From assembly GCA_964016885.1 (NCBI GenBank), contig OZ024742.1:200198001-200262000 (forward strand): a DNA stretch of 64,000 bases. Reading direction: 5' to 3'. The position numbers and the translations under genes were made by a program. The notes under the pieces were generated by a model, which was not told the origin of the DNA, made no database searches, and saw only the letters and a program-made list of their open reading frames with translations. The stretch is from Eledone cirrhosa. Lineage: Eukaryota. Shown piece after piece: positions 1-13,338 of the stretch. Within the stretch, counting starts at the first letter, position 1, and every line of letters starts with the position of its first letter.

Positions 1-282
1 GCCGTCACAAAGCACTCGATGAGAAAGTAGTTAATAAATTACTCTTCAGAGTGAACACAATCAGTTAGGTAATAGTGACACAATGAAAAATGCGATCAGA
101 GGCATGTTGCCACCTTAATACTGCAACAACGATATATGTACATATATCTATATCTACATATAAGTATGTTTTTATGTATGAATGTATGTGTGTATGTATG
201 TATGTATGTATGTATGAATGTGTGTGTGTATGTATGTATGTGTGTATGTGTGTATGTATGTATGTGTGTATGTATGTATGTA

Positions 283-655
283 TTCTAGGAGGAGGAAAAC
301 TCTGATATAACACCTGCAACTCTGATGGTATCCAATGATGTTGACTTGTTCTTCTTTTTGGTAAATATCATCTTGGTTAAGAGAGTGGGACTGGCTTTGT
401 GCAGTGCCTTTGCTCACTATAAAAGCTTCACGGCACAGGCATTGCTTTATATCTGGAGATCTCTCTGCACTTGTCGTCATATGGTACCATGGGCCCAGCA
501 CTATGTGTCAATAATTGTCACAAGTGTAGTGTTTGTACCAGAGTTTTCAAGTCGCTGGCTGGACTAAAAAGCCACACTTGTTTAGCGCATCGGTAGGGGT
601 TCTCCTAGATGGATATAAAGTAGTGGCCGTACTCGAAAACGAGTTGGCAGCCACC
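283..655 (+). mobile_element. 5'-truncated bipartite non-autonomous RTE-derived element (family A, copy 1), between (TATG)n arrays
   Basis: Near-identical to about 1012-1385 and, inverted, to 12201-12603. Contains RTE 5'UTR-like GGAGGAGGAAAACTCTGA, a decayed C2H2-finger coding stretch, a 3' hairpin ACTCG-AAAA-CGAGT and a (TATG)n tail. Confidence 0.7.
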
Positions 656-776
656 ATGTATATATGTATGTATCTATGTATGTATGAATGTATATATGTA
701 TGATGTATGTATGTATGTATGTATGTATGTATGTATGTATGTATGTATGTATGTATGTATGTATGTATGTACGTGT

Positions 777-1385
777 GTCAGGTCACCAGCTGGTGCTACT
801 GGTAACATGTATCTCAGTACAACCTGTCTCATGGTCGGGTCGTTGGCGACTAAACTGGCAACCCCACCAAGGTTTCTTGGTGAGGAGGGTGACTTTGGAC
901 ATCCTGCAGGACTAAAAACAAAACCTGTCAAAGGGTAAAGGAGCTCTTAAGAGTCAATGGCCATCCAAAATCACCGGGAGAGATGACCCCTTAGCCTTTG
1001 TCAAGGCAGAATTATAGGAGAAGGAAAACTCTGATATAACACCTGCAACCCTGATGGTATCCAATGATGTGGACTTGTTCTTCTTTTTGGTAAATATCAT
1101 CTTGGTTAAGAGAGTGGGACTGGCTTTGTGCAGTGCCTTTGCTCACTATAAATGCTTCACGGCACAGGCATTGCTTTATATCTGGAGATCTCTCTGCACT
1201 TGTCGTCACATGGTACCATGGGCCTAGCACTATGTGTCAATAATTGTCACAAGTGTAGTGTTTGTACCAGAGTTTTCAAGTCGCTGGCTGGACTAAAAAG
1301 TCACACTCGTTTAGCGCATCAATAGGGGTTCTCCTACATGGATATAAAGTAGTGGTCGTACTCGAAAACGAGTTGACAGCCACCA
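777..1385 (+). mobile_element. Bipartite non-autonomous RTE-derived element (family A, copy 2)
   Basis: Longest copy of the family, followed by a (TATG)n tail at 1386-1518 and preceded by (TATG)n. Same 3' hairpin. Confidence 0.7.
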
Positions 1386-1782
1386 TGTATGTATGTATGT
1401 ATGTATGTATGTATGTATGTATGTATGTATGTATGTATGTATGTATGTATGTATGCATGTGTGTGTATGAATGTATGTATGTATGTATGTATGTATGTAT
1501 GTATGTATGTATGTATGTATTCTTCTGGTTTTATAATTTCACAAAGTTTTACCAATAGAGAGAGAGTCGGTTTCTAACATAGACACAAGACTCTCTCATT
1601 GGAATTTACACAACATCAACTAGGTAGATATGTATGTATGTATGTGTAGATATGGATGTTGTTGTATGTGTGGATGTGTATGTTTTGAGTTGTATGTGTG
1701 CATGTGTATATGCTCTGTATCTGTATATGCAGTTATTAGATGCAACATTTTTGGAATGTTTTACATATTTTTGCTGTTCCAT

Positions 1783-2190
1783 TATGTATGTATGTATGTA
1801 TGTATGCATGTGTGTGTATGTATGTATGTATGTATGTGTGTATGTATGTATGTATGTATGTATGTATGTATGTATGTATGTATGTATGTATGTATGTATG
1901 TATGTATGTATGCATGTGTGTGTATGTATGTATGAATGTATGTGTGTATGTGTGTATGTATGTATGTATGTATGTATGTATGTATGTATGTATGTATGTA
2001 TGTGTGTATGTGTGTATGTATGTATGTATGTGTGTATGTATGTATGTATGTATGTATGTATGTATGTGTATGTATGTATGTATGTATGTATGTATGTATG
2101 TATGTATGAATGTATGTGTGTATGTATGTATGTATGAATGTATGTATGTATGTATGTATGTATGTATGTATGTATGTATGTATGTATGTT
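1783..2190. repeat. Compound (TATG)n/(TG)n microsatellite
   Basis: Directly visible. Confidence 0.95.
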
Positions 2191-2549
2191 TGTGTGTACG
2201 TATGTATGCGTATGAATATATGTGTTTCTGTGTGTGAGAGCGAGAGCCAGGAAGAGTGAGATGTATGCATTTGTTACAATTGCATTTTATTTCCGCGCCA
2301 TTGTAATTCTTCTCTGGCAGTGAAACAATTAATATCATTGCGTGATATTTTTTATTCTTCTGTTAAATTTCACGTTGAAAGAAAACTTAAACGATGAAAC
2401 CAAGACATTTCTATGCCTAATAAATATCAAATGACATAATAAACAATTATTGCTCCTCCAATTTTGGGGTAGATAGAGGTGTATTGGTTCGTATTGAATC
2501 AGATTTTCATTTTCTATGGGGCACCGTCTGTTTCGACAACAAAATCTTA

Positions 2550-2980
2550 CAGTTTTTCAATCAACGAAACCGGCTGTTCATGAAATGAACGTGCAAGTGG
2601 CTGAATATTTCACAGACACATTCACCCTTAACGTAATTATTTTGGGGTAGATTTAGCGTAATACAGTGAGTAACGTGACTAGCTTTTGGAAAACCCGGTA
2701 CAGCCCATCTTGTACTATAGAATAAAAAGTTGATTATTCTACAGATATTGTACCCTTAACGTAATTCTCAGAGAGATTCCGTGTAACGCAGTAAGTGACA
2801 TGACTGTCCCGTTAAATTACAAGTACCGTCCATCTTGCATTACAGTTTAAATGGCTGAGTATTTCTCAGATATATGTAATCTTAACAGCGTAACAGAGTT
2901 GTGACAAGAATGGCTATTTGAATTACAAGTATTATTGTGTAAGTGGCAGAGTATTTCACAGCCACATAAACCTTTAATAT
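2550..2980 (-). repeat. Degenerate tandem repeat (about 4 units of about 110 bp) of an internal SINE segment
   Basis: Recurring GGCTGAGTATTTCACAGA...CCTTAACGTAATT units, reverse-complementary to the SINE body at 42540-42660 and 6050-6140. Confidence 0.6.
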
Positions 2981-3011
2981 AATACGGCTAAGTACTAAAT
3001 AGTAATAAATA

Positions 3012-3228
3012 ATGGTTTCTTTTATAGGCACAAGACCATCAATTTGGGGGGAAGGGAAAGTCGATTAAATCGACCCCAGTACGTGACTGGTACTTTATTT
3101 TATCGACCCCGTAAGGATGAAAGGCAAAGTTAACCTCGGCGGGATTTGAACTCAGATCATAAAGGGCCGTAACTCTCTGCTACAATGGATGGCGTCCGAC
3201 ACTCTACGGATACTGCCAATCTACCGCC
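3012..3228 (-). mobile_element. Nin-domain tRNA-derived SINE
   Basis: The reverse complement carries a B-box-like GAGTTCAAATCCC and the Nin/Deu-type core TTTGCCTTTCATCCTTACGGGGTCGATAAAATAAAGTACCAG. Confidence 0.85.
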
Positions 3229-3427
3229 CTCTAAATACCAATATGTAATATAAACAAACAGAGGCATCCATTGCTACCTCGCTAAAATGGTATCGAAAAC
3301 TACAAGTTATGGAGAAACCATGCCCCCACCACTCACAGCTCTGATCATTTTCCGCTCCTGACAATCCTCTTAACTTTGCCTAATTTCAACATACATACAG
3401 AATGTTAAGAACCTCTCCACTCCTGGC

Positions 3428-3688
3428 AAATTGGCAGAATTGTTAGGATGTCAGATTAAATGCCTCGGTATTTGTTCCAATTCGTTATGCTCTGAGTTTA
3501 AATACCACCGAGATTTTCTTTGCCTTTAATACTTTTAAGGTCGATAAATAAAGTACCAAATTGGTAGAATTGTTAGGATGTCAGATTAAATGCCTCGGTA
3601 TTTGTTCCAATTCGTTATGCTCTGAGTTTAAATACCACCGAGATTTTCTTTGCCTTTAATACTTTTAAGGTCGATAAATAAAGTACCA
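3428..3688 (+). mobile_element. Nin-domain SINE head/core present as a tandem duplication of about 130 bp
   Basis: Two adjacent, almost identical units AAATTGG(C/T)AGAATTGTTAGG...AAAGTACC. Confidence 0.8.
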
Positions 3689-4257
3689 ATCCAGAGGCGA
3701 TTGATTGGTGTAATTATTAAAATGTCGGACGGGATGATTTACAGTATCTTACTCGTCTCTGTTCGTTCTATATTGAAAACCAACCTTCTGGCATGGGTTG
3801 CGAACAACAAATAGTATTAGCAAAGAAAACATCAATGGAAACATTGTTTCATGGTATGATCTGACGATCGGGTACATTTTTCCTCTTATTTCGCCATTTG
3901 TAGTTATCTTCCCTTAAATTTATTTCAAGGCAACAGCCCCTTCTTTCTAACTTTACTTTTTAACCTTCCGTTTCAAGTGGTATTTAGTCTTTTACTGGTT
4001 TCAGTCATTAGACTTCGGCCATATATATATATATATTGTTATGCTTTGGGAGGGTCATGTTGCCAATAAGAAACACACGCACCAGTTGCTTTCACTTCAA
4101 TTTATTATAATAAATTTATAAATGTAGGAATTTATAAATTTCCGGTTGGTTGGGCATATTAATACTATAACTCATTGTTATATTAACTCTACCTGTCATA
4201 TGAAGGGTAATTTCATGGGCTCACCTTTTCTATTGTGTGTAACATTGTGTAGATAAG

Positions 4258-4345
<88 letters not shown>

Positions 4346-4348
<3 letters not shown>

Positions 4349-4537
4349 ATAATAATAAATTTGAAGACTAAAATCCAAAGAGGGCTCGATAAGGATAAAT
4401 ATATATCAAATATATAAGAACCGTAGAGCAAATATTTATTAAAATAACAGATTAAAGTTTAAGCAAAGAATCGCTGGTTTCACCCTTAACGGGATCTTCT
4501 GAAAGCAGCGATTCTTTGCTTAAACTTTAATCTGTTA

Positions 4538-4544
<7 letters not shown>
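4346..4544 (-). mobile_element. Short fold-back Penelope-type element with hammerhead remnant, inserted in (TA)n
   Basis: Reverse complement of 40510-40728 with the same ends. Inverted arms at about 4437-4484 and 4500-4545. Confidence 0.7.
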
Positions 4545-4634
<90 letters not shown>

Positions 4635-4898
4635 ACACCTATATACCTATATACATATAAACATATCTCTCTCTCTCTACATATATATATATATAGCAAA
4701 CATCACGGGCGCTCTATCTCAAAATTATTTTTGAAAAGCATTAGAAATGCGCAACCGGTAAAAACTTAAAACTAAAACTGAATACTAACCAATACTTATT
4801 CCTAATTAAACTATTTTTCACTGGGAAAAATTTGTCACCATTTTCTTTTCTTTTTACTAATTTATCACAACTCGTGTGTTACACCTCTATTCTTTTAA

Positions 4899-4970
<72 letters not shown>

Positions 4971-5009
4971 GATATTAACAAATGGAAACTATATTTATAA
5001 AACCATATT

Positions 5010-5074
5010 TATTTCATTATACACATTTCAAGGACACCAAGTTAAATTATGGTGTGCTTTCATCAGATAAAATA
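5010..5074 (-). ncRNA. Type I hammerhead ribozyme (Penelope-type, family H1)
   Basis: Minus strand: UAUUUUAU-CUGAUGA-AAGCACACCA..UGGUGUCCUU-GAAA-UGUGU-AUA/AUGAAAUA, giving an 8-bp stem I, a stem II and a minimal stem III. Homologues at about 24830-24895 and 48008-48070. Confidence 0.8.
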
Positions 5075-5226
5075 TAATATAGATCAGTTTTATAAATAAA
5101 TAATGACATACCCTTAAAAAATGCAAACATTACTGTTGGAAGGTCCCGGATAGTGGAGTTGTTTAATTATATTATTATTAGTATTGGATATTTTTATTTT
5201 TAAAATAAGCCGTTGGGTTATGTATG

Positions 5227-5310
<84 letters not shown>

Positions 5311-5331
5311 CATATATGTATATATATGTGC

Positions 5332-5435
<104 letters not shown>

Positions 5436-5869
5436 AGGCATACATAAGTGAATATACTTGGCTAGTTCAAAACATGTCTGTTGCTATCAACAAGTTTACT
5501 TATAGCAAGATCCACCCAATTACCTTGTCTAAAATTGTTCCAAAAGATTTGGTTTAGCCCGGGCTACGAGAATTCCCTTGCTTGATTGATTCTTATTATC
5601 TGAATACCTCTAAAGACAGTTTCGGTTGAAAAAACGCAAAGATAGTCTTAGCTGATTGAAGTTTTCTTTTCCTTCTCATGATATTTAGACTGTGAGACTC
5701 GATTCACATTTATACATATTCACTTCATGAAGAGCACTTTCTTTACTTATGACAGCAGAGTGTGATTTAAAGGTGATTTGGTTGCTATTTTTAGTATGAC
5801 AAGTGACCACATACAGGAGCAACATTATGTAGTTATGCGTTTATGTGTTTATAAATATTTTTGTCTGTG

Positions 5870-6160
5870 AATGGTGAGCAACATGGCGGTATTATTAAGA
5901 AGTTTAATTTGCAAACATAAGAGATCGGGTTTGATACCACTGCATATCTTTAGAATTGTGAGTTACCAAAGCATTGTGAGTGAAATCCGGCGGATGGAAA
6001 CTATTCTGAATTCCGTCGGATCAATTGTACATGTGATTCAAATTGCCAGACTTTGTTACACACATGAGAATTACATTAAGGGTACACGTGTCTTTGGAAT
6101 ACTCAGCATATTAATTTCACGAGCAGGTTGTTCTGAACACTCATCGACGAAATCAACGTC
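5870..6160 (+). mobile_element. Decayed tRNA-derived SINE (second family)
   Basis: tRNA-like head (GGTTTGATACC) plus the body motif GAGAATTACATTAAGGGTACACGTGTC...TTAATTTCACGAGCAGG shared with 42450-42690. Confidence 0.6.
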
Positions 6161-7509
6161 TGTGTGCTTGCCCGCATGTGTAATGTACGTTTGTGGGTGT
6201 TTGTATATTTATGGATGCATGTATGTATTTATGCGGTTTTGCATTTGCATGTATGTATGCGTATTTATATGTGTGTGTGTGTGAGAGTGTATGTCTGTAT
6301 GTGTGTATTTATTTGTTGGTGGATTTTCTTTGTGTGTGTGTGTCTAAGGTTCTAACTTTAAATCTTACTGTGGCTTACTTAGGTGGTAAACGTAATATGT
6401 TGTTTGGTTTTAACACCATCACTGGCTATTGTGTGCCTTTAGTGGAGCCCAAACATTCAGGACAGGTCTCCGGTTTGAGAATACCTTCCTCCTTCTCGTT
6501 CAGCAGTCACTGAGGCCCTGAAACCTATTATGGGCAATGCTCTTCAGTCTCTGACTAACTCTTAATATCATGCAATAATTTAACAGAAAATGTCTAAAAA
6601 TGGGTTTACAGTATCCTTACTAAATTACATATCGTTGTTTAAATGTGTAATATTAGACTAAACCCTCTAATAATTAATGGGATGCAATCAATTATATAAA
6701 AAATGAGATACAAAAGAATTTAGCAAAAAATATCTAAAACGGTTTTTTTTATTTAATTCAAATGATTATACTATATTTACTTGTGAACAGATCATTGCAA
6801 AAATTTGTATTGATGGAATAAAGATTTCAGTTTTTAATTTGATAAAGCCACAGTGGTGTTTTGTACTTTATGGAATGTTTTGCCAATACAGTTTCATTGT
6901 TAAGAGCTAAACAAAAGAAACAAATTGTTTGTTTTTTCTCATTCATTTTATTTACATTTTGTTGTGATATAAAAACTTCAATGTTTACTGTGATACAATG
7001 ATAATGGTGTTTTGTATTTTCTAAGAATGTTTTACTCATGCAGTTTCATGATGCACAGAACTTTGAGTGTAAAAAAATACTCCGTTTCATTTTGTTATTT
7101 ACATTTTTCTTATGTGTATTTTTTCTTCTATATATTTTTCTTGTATAGTTCCTGATTTCACGCAAAAGGGACATAGTGAACCGGTTGTTGCGCGAGCGTC
7201 AAGCATCAGACCCCACATATATTCCCGAGGACAAGAAGGATGGTTGTATCTGGAATGTTATTACTTGCATGAAGAAGAAGAAATGAGGACCACATAGAAA
7301 ACGTAATGGAATAGAGACCATCAAAGCCAGGAGGACCTAAACCAACCAACAAACACACAAAATATGACGGAATCATTAATTATTATAATAAACAATTTCA
7401 ATTTACAAATAAAAACTTTTAAAAACAAAACAGAACGAAAATGAATTACAGTGCCATCCTCAAATTGAAGATCCATTGTTGTTGTTATTATTAATATTAA
7501 TCTTATTTT

Positions 7510-8400
7510 TATTGCGTGTCGTTACTGCATTACCGAGCACAGCTCTATGTGACTTGGGTTTGTGCATATTGTTTTTGGTGTTCTTATTTTTATTGTATTG
7601 AGCGTACACTTTGTAATATATGCGCAGTGCCTAGTAGTGCTATTTTTGGTATGCTGTATTTATTTGTAAGTCTTGGGGTTCGGGTTATGTATATGTCTGT
7701 TTGTGTGTTTTTTTTTACCATTTCCAGCACAACTTTAAATATAGGAGTTGATTCTGATTTCATCATCCACATTTGGGCTATTTCTATCTTTAGATAATTA
7801 TATTTGGATAATTGTTTCATTTACTTGTCATCTGTGAGGATAGATACATCAATTAAAAGACATTTTTCTTTGTGTTCTTTGACTATAATATCCGGTCGGC
7901 TGGCTTTGATCTCTATCTGGGAGTATTCGCATATTCCAGATTATGGTTGCTTTGTCATTGTCGTGGCGGTGGCTTGGCAGTATCGGTCGAAGGTTGGACA
8001 CCATGCTTTTCAGCATAGAGTTACGTCCCTTTACGGTCTGAGTTCAAATCCCATCGAGGTTAACTTTGCCTTTCACCCTTACGGGGTCGATCAAATAAAG
8101 TACCAGTAATGCACTGGGATAATTGCTGGCCTTGTGCCAAAAATAGAAACAATTATTTTTCTTGCTTTTCTGTCTAGTCCTGCTAGTTCTTTTAGTGTCC
8201 AGTTCAGAATGTTAAATCTGCAGCTTATTACTGAGATCGCTAAAGTCTATTACATTCTTTTTTTGTATTTAGGTCTATCTTAAGTCGTAATCTAATCCAT
8301 CTATAGTATTACTTTCTAAACTTCTCTTTCATCTGTGTCTGTTGAAACCCCGTCTAATTCATTGATTCGCAAGTATTTCTATGTCTGTGTTTGATTGATT
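7510..8400 (-). mobile_element. R4/Dong-type non-LTR retrotransposon 3' fragment (restriction-like endonuclease), interrupted by a SINE
   Basis: Minus-strand peptides IKASRPDIIVK..CLLIDVSI, SKYNYLKIEIAQMW and KIALLGTAHIL, with stops and frameshifts. Confidence 0.75.
7965..8158 (+). mobile_element. Nin-domain tRNA SINE
   Basis: Full family consensus from GGCGGTGG to AGAAACAATTATT. Confidence 0.85.
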
Positions 8401-8409
8401 CCTAGGTAT

Positions 8410-8578
8410 TTGCACGTCGGACACCCTACTTTGTGGCATAGAGTTACGGCTCTTTACGTTTTAAGTTCAAATCCTGCCAAGGTTAGTACCAGTAATGCAC
8501 TGGTGTCGATTTAATCGAATTTCCCCTCCCCCCAAAATTGTTGGCCTTGTGCCTAAATCAGAAACCATTATTATTATT
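8410..8578 (+). mobile_element. Nin-domain tRNA SINE with internal deletion
   Basis: Family head and tail present; core partly deleted. Confidence 0.75.
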
Positions 8579-8579
8579 A

Positions 8580-10300
8580 TGGTTCGTTTTTGTAAATCTG
8601 AGACATTTGAATGTTAAACGATCTGGCTATTTCAGTTGGAGAGCAATCAACAAGTTGCATCCTCTCCTGTGCCTTACATAGACAAGACTTTCCTTAACAT
8701 TCTTGCTGTACCAAGAAGTGTTTTTTAACTGTCTGATATGCATCTCAATGCTCCGATCACGACTGGAATCACTAAAATCTCCTTCATCCCCTACACTTTC
8801 CCAACGTCCTCCTTCAGTGGCTCATACTTCTCCGTCTTTTCATCTTCTTTATCCTTCACTCTTCTATCTCCTGAGATAGAGATATCGATAATTTGGACCT
8901 CTTTCTTCTTCTTGCCTCAATCATTCCATTGAATTGTGAAGTCCCACAAAAGCTTAAGTTCATCATTCTCCAACAGGCCTTTTACTCTCAAATATCATCT
9001 CAAATATCATCCAATGGTTATATCTGGCAACCTTATCATGTCTTTTGTACATTTAACACATTCCTTTACAATATGGCTGGCCGTTTCTCTTTTTGTTTCG
9101 CACATGATGTTTAATGTAATTATTTCGAAGAGCCTGCTCCTGGACCCTGCACCTCAGAGCTTCAGTGCATACTTTCAGATCACAATTTTTAAGCCACGTC
9201 TAGCTCTTTTTCCAGTCAATGCCTACTTTATCTCTAGTGCTGTGTCCATGCATAATTTTATCCTTCCATTCTTTTTCAAGTTCTTTTCTTAATTTTCTTT
9301 TTGCATTCATTAGGTGTTACTGCATTAGTAAATTGCAGTGTGTCGAGGTCTCTTACTTGTGACATGATGTTACTCCTTACATTTTTAAAGTACCAAGTTA
9401 GGTTGTTTTCTTTTCTTCGCTTTTCACACATTTTCACAACTTGTTAGTTCTCTACGTCCTTCATTTCTTCCAACATAAAGTCATGTGACATCACTCTTTG
9501 TGTAGAGTTTTTTATGCCCTGTCATCAATTTTCTAGTTTTCCTATCAATACTTTCCGATTCACCTTTCCTCCATTTAATAACTCCTACCTCTTAGCACAA
9601 GAGAGATACAGCCCATGATTTTTTGCCTTGATCTTGTTCCTTCCATTCAAATTAGACGACATTACATGTCCCTACCACCAGGGGTATTCTTTTTTGAACA
9701 TCTTCATTTCTTTCTCTTTGATCTTACCCAAATACTTGTATCCTTTCTCTCCCACTTCTTTAATAGTCTGGCCATTTTCAAGTTCGATCCCTTTACACTT
9801 TGTTATTTTTTTTTCTCGTTTCAAGGTTACAGCATCAGATATTCTAATCCAAAACTCCATCCCAATATCCTGACTAAGGTTTACAGTAGATGTTAAGCTG
9901 TCAATTTCGTCAATTTCGTCCTCTTTTTTTCGCATATAACTTTAAATCATCTATGTCTAACAGACAGATAGTACATATCCCATTTTCTCTTTTCTAAGGA
10001 ATTGGATTAGTGGGGTTATACAGATGACAAATGAGTGGTGATAAACTGTCTAATTGAAATATAAACTGTCTAATTGAAATATAACCCTTCGTATGTTAAC
10101 AGAGTCTTACCGTTCCCCACAAGAAATTAACTCTGTTTTCCAGCTGGTCATCGATCTTTCTGTAAACCTAATTACCATGTCTGGCACTTGAGTAAATTTC
10201 AGACACTCTAATATCAAGCTGTGTCGGACCATGTCGTAGACTTCTTATAGTCCACCTACCCATCGTTGATTGTGACAGTTTTCGATAGTTTTTTAAAATC
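8580..10300 (-). mobile_element. R4/Dong-type non-LTR retrotransposon fragment (RT plus RLE), decayed
   Basis: Minus-strand IFQLDSLSPL (GIFQGDSLSP-like), IDDLKLYAKK, GYKYLG and ILVIPVVIGAL motifs. Confidence 0.75.
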
Positions 10301-10529
10301 TTTATTGTTCCATCCTCAGATTCACTTAACAAGTCACATCACAAAAGTTGATTTGGTAAATAAGTTTTTTTTTTAAATGAGAAAATAAATATAAAAAGGT
10401 AAGAGTAGGAGGAGATAAAAATAAGTATTAAGGAGTATAAAAGATATGAATTAATTTTGCATTAAGGATATTTGAATGGTATTAAGTATCAATTAAATTT
10501 ACTATAAAAATTAAAATTGACATTTATTA

Positions 10530-11275
10530 TAAAGACAAAACTTATGTAGGTAGTACTTGTTAGAACTATCTTTTGAATTTCATAGATGCTAGGTTTACTA
10601 GGTATGCTTTCTAGAAACTTTTGAACACCTTTCTTTATGACACCTAGAGCTCCTATCACTTCCGGAATAGTTTCTGTTTTAAGGTGCCACATTCTGTTTA
10701 TCTAAATTTCTAGATCTTTATATTTTGCAAGATTTTCATACTTTTTTGCTGACACATTTCAGACGGTACAGTCGTGTAAATAAGTAAGCAGGTCTTGTTT
10801 TTAAAATCTTTAGTAATAATAATAAAATCTTTAGTAATAATAATATCAGGACGGTTTGCATTAATAGTGCAATGTGTGTAAATGGTAAAGTCCCAATATT
10901 ACTCCTACTGTCTCAATTACTGGTTGTGGTTTGTGTTCATACCAGTTTTCTATATGTTCTGCATTGTAATTTGTGCATATTATCCAGTGGATGTGTTGCC
11001 CCACCCTATCATATCTAATCTTATATTTAGTTGGTGTTAGTGTGAGGTATCCTGATATTATATGGTCAAATGATTCAAGCTGTACATCACATATTCTGCA
11101 TTTGGGCTCTGCTCCATTTCTGAGAATAGTTGCTTGATAATTCTTAGTAAAGAAGCTCTGGTCCTAGGCAGCAAAAATAAAGCCTTCTATTTCAACCTTT
11201 AATCCTGAACTTCATAGCCGCTGATGAGCTTCGGCTTAATCTACATCAGCATCTTGGTTGCTAAGTAGGAATTGA
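10530..11275 (-). mobile_element. R4/Dong-type element C-terminal fragment (CCHC knuckle plus RLE)
   Basis: Minus-strand EGFIFAA.DQ, KCRICD..ESFDHIISG, WYEHKP, NANRPDIII and IPEVIGALGVIKK motifs. Confidence 0.8.
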
Positions 11276-11293
11276 TTATTATTATCATCATTG

Positions 11294-11480
11294 AGGCATT
11301 GGCAGTATCGGTAGAAGGTCGGACGCCATGTTTTGCAGCATAGAGTTACGTCCCTTTACGGTCTAAGTTCAAATCCCGCCGAGGTTAACTTTGCCTTTCA
11401 TCGTTACGGGGTCGATAAAATAAAGTACCAGTAATGTACTGGGTGATTGATGGCCTTGTGCCAAATGTAGAAACATTTAT
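11294..11480 (+). mobile_element. Nin-domain tRNA SINE
   Basis: Matches the family consensus. Confidence 0.85.
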
Positions 11481-11484
11481 TAGT

Positions 11485-11780
11485 CGCATTGTTATTGCAT
11501 ATCATCACTGCATTACTGAACGCCTGGGTATGTGCAGTGCGCCTTGGGTATGTGGGATTTTGGAGGTGTTGTTTCTATTGTATTGAGAGTACTCCTCGCA
11601 ATATGTGTCTAGTGCCTAATAGTGCTATTTTTTGTGTACTGTATATATTTATAAGTCCTGGGGTTTTGATTGTGTATCTGTCTGTGTGTGTGTACTGGCA
11701 TATCTCAGAGTGTAGTTGTTTTCTCATGCGTTAACACATTTTTCTGGTGTATGTCTGTCTCACCTCTTTTTGATGCTATT
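11485..11780 (-). mobile_element. R4/Dong-type element 3' end
   Basis: Homologous to 7510-7720 (QKIALLGTRHILRGVLSIQ stop). Confidence 0.7.
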
Positions 11781-11838
11781 TTATAATGCTGGCGTAACTC
11801 CGAGTGTACGTAAATGTATTACACCCGCTGGTCTAAAC

Positions 11839-12060
11839 ACTTTGAAGAGAGAGTCCAAGAGACTGTGAAACTGACGAGGATTTAAACTGGTAGGACTGCC
11901 CACCACAATCACGTGAGAGCTCAGTCTGTTGCCGTCGTCGCCGTTGGTGTTCGGTGTTCGCGGGTCGCGGGTCGCGTAGCGGCGTACCGCACCCGCCGTG
12001 AAGCGATGAATGAGAACCCGAAACAACGCTTCTCTTGACCGGGCCTGTCGCTCTGTGAAA
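11839..12060 (+). pseudogene. Probable 28S rRNA fragment (conserved block 5' of expansion segment D2, then GC-rich D2-like sequence)
   Basis: ACTTTGAAGAGAGAGTCCAAGAGACTGTGAAAC..TAAACTGGT resembles the conserved eukaryotic LSU block AACTTTGAAGAGAGAGTTCAAGAG..CGTGAAACCG..TAAACGGGT as recalled. An abruptly GC/CpG-rich stretch follows. Confidence 0.6.
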
Positions 12061-12200
12061 ACATACATACATACATACATACATACATACATGCATGCAT
12101 GCATGCATACATACATACATACATACATACATGCATGCATACATACATACATGCATACATGCATGCATGCATGCATACATACATACATACATACATACAT

Positions 12201-12797
12201 GGTGGCTGCCAACTCGTTTTCGAGTACGGCCACTACTTTACATCCATGTAGGATAACCCCTACCGAAGCGCTGAACGAGTGTGACTTTTTAGTCCAGCCA
12301 GCGACTTGAAACCTCTGGTACAAACACTACACCTGTGACAATCATTGACACATAGTGCTAGGCCCATGGTAGGACAATTATTGACACATAGTGCTGGGCC
12401 CATGTGAGGACAAGTGCAGAGAGATCTCCAGATATAAAGCAATGCCTGTGCCGTGAAGCTTTTATAGTGAGCAAAGGCACTGCACAAAGCCAGTCCCACT
12501 CTCTTAACCAAGATGATATTTACCAAAAAGAAGAACAAGTCAACATCATTGGATACCATCAGGGTTGCAGGTGTTATATCAGAGTTTTCCTTCTCCTAGA
12601 ATTCTGCCCTGACAAAGGCTAAGGGGTCATCTCTCCCGGTGATTTTGGATGGCCATTGACTCTTAAGAGCTCCTTTGCCCTTTGACAGGTTTTGTTTTTA
12701 GTCCTGCAGGATGTCCAAAGTCACCCTCCTCACCAAGAAACCTTGGTGGGGTTGCCAGTTTAGTCGCCAACGACCCGACCATGGGACAGGTTGTACT
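12201..12797 (-). mobile_element. Bipartite non-autonomous RTE-derived element (family A, copy 3)
   Basis: Inverted copy of about 817-1385. Encodes CSVCTRGFKSLAGLKSHTRSA (C2H2-like). (CATA/CATG)n arrays on both sides. Confidence 0.75.

Positions 12798-13338
<541 letters not shown>

Noticed and set aside
65-2338. Many long ORFs of the [16 protein letters not shown] type here and throughout the window
   Set aside because: They are translations of (TATG)n, (TA)n and (TG)n arrays that lack stop codons, not genes.
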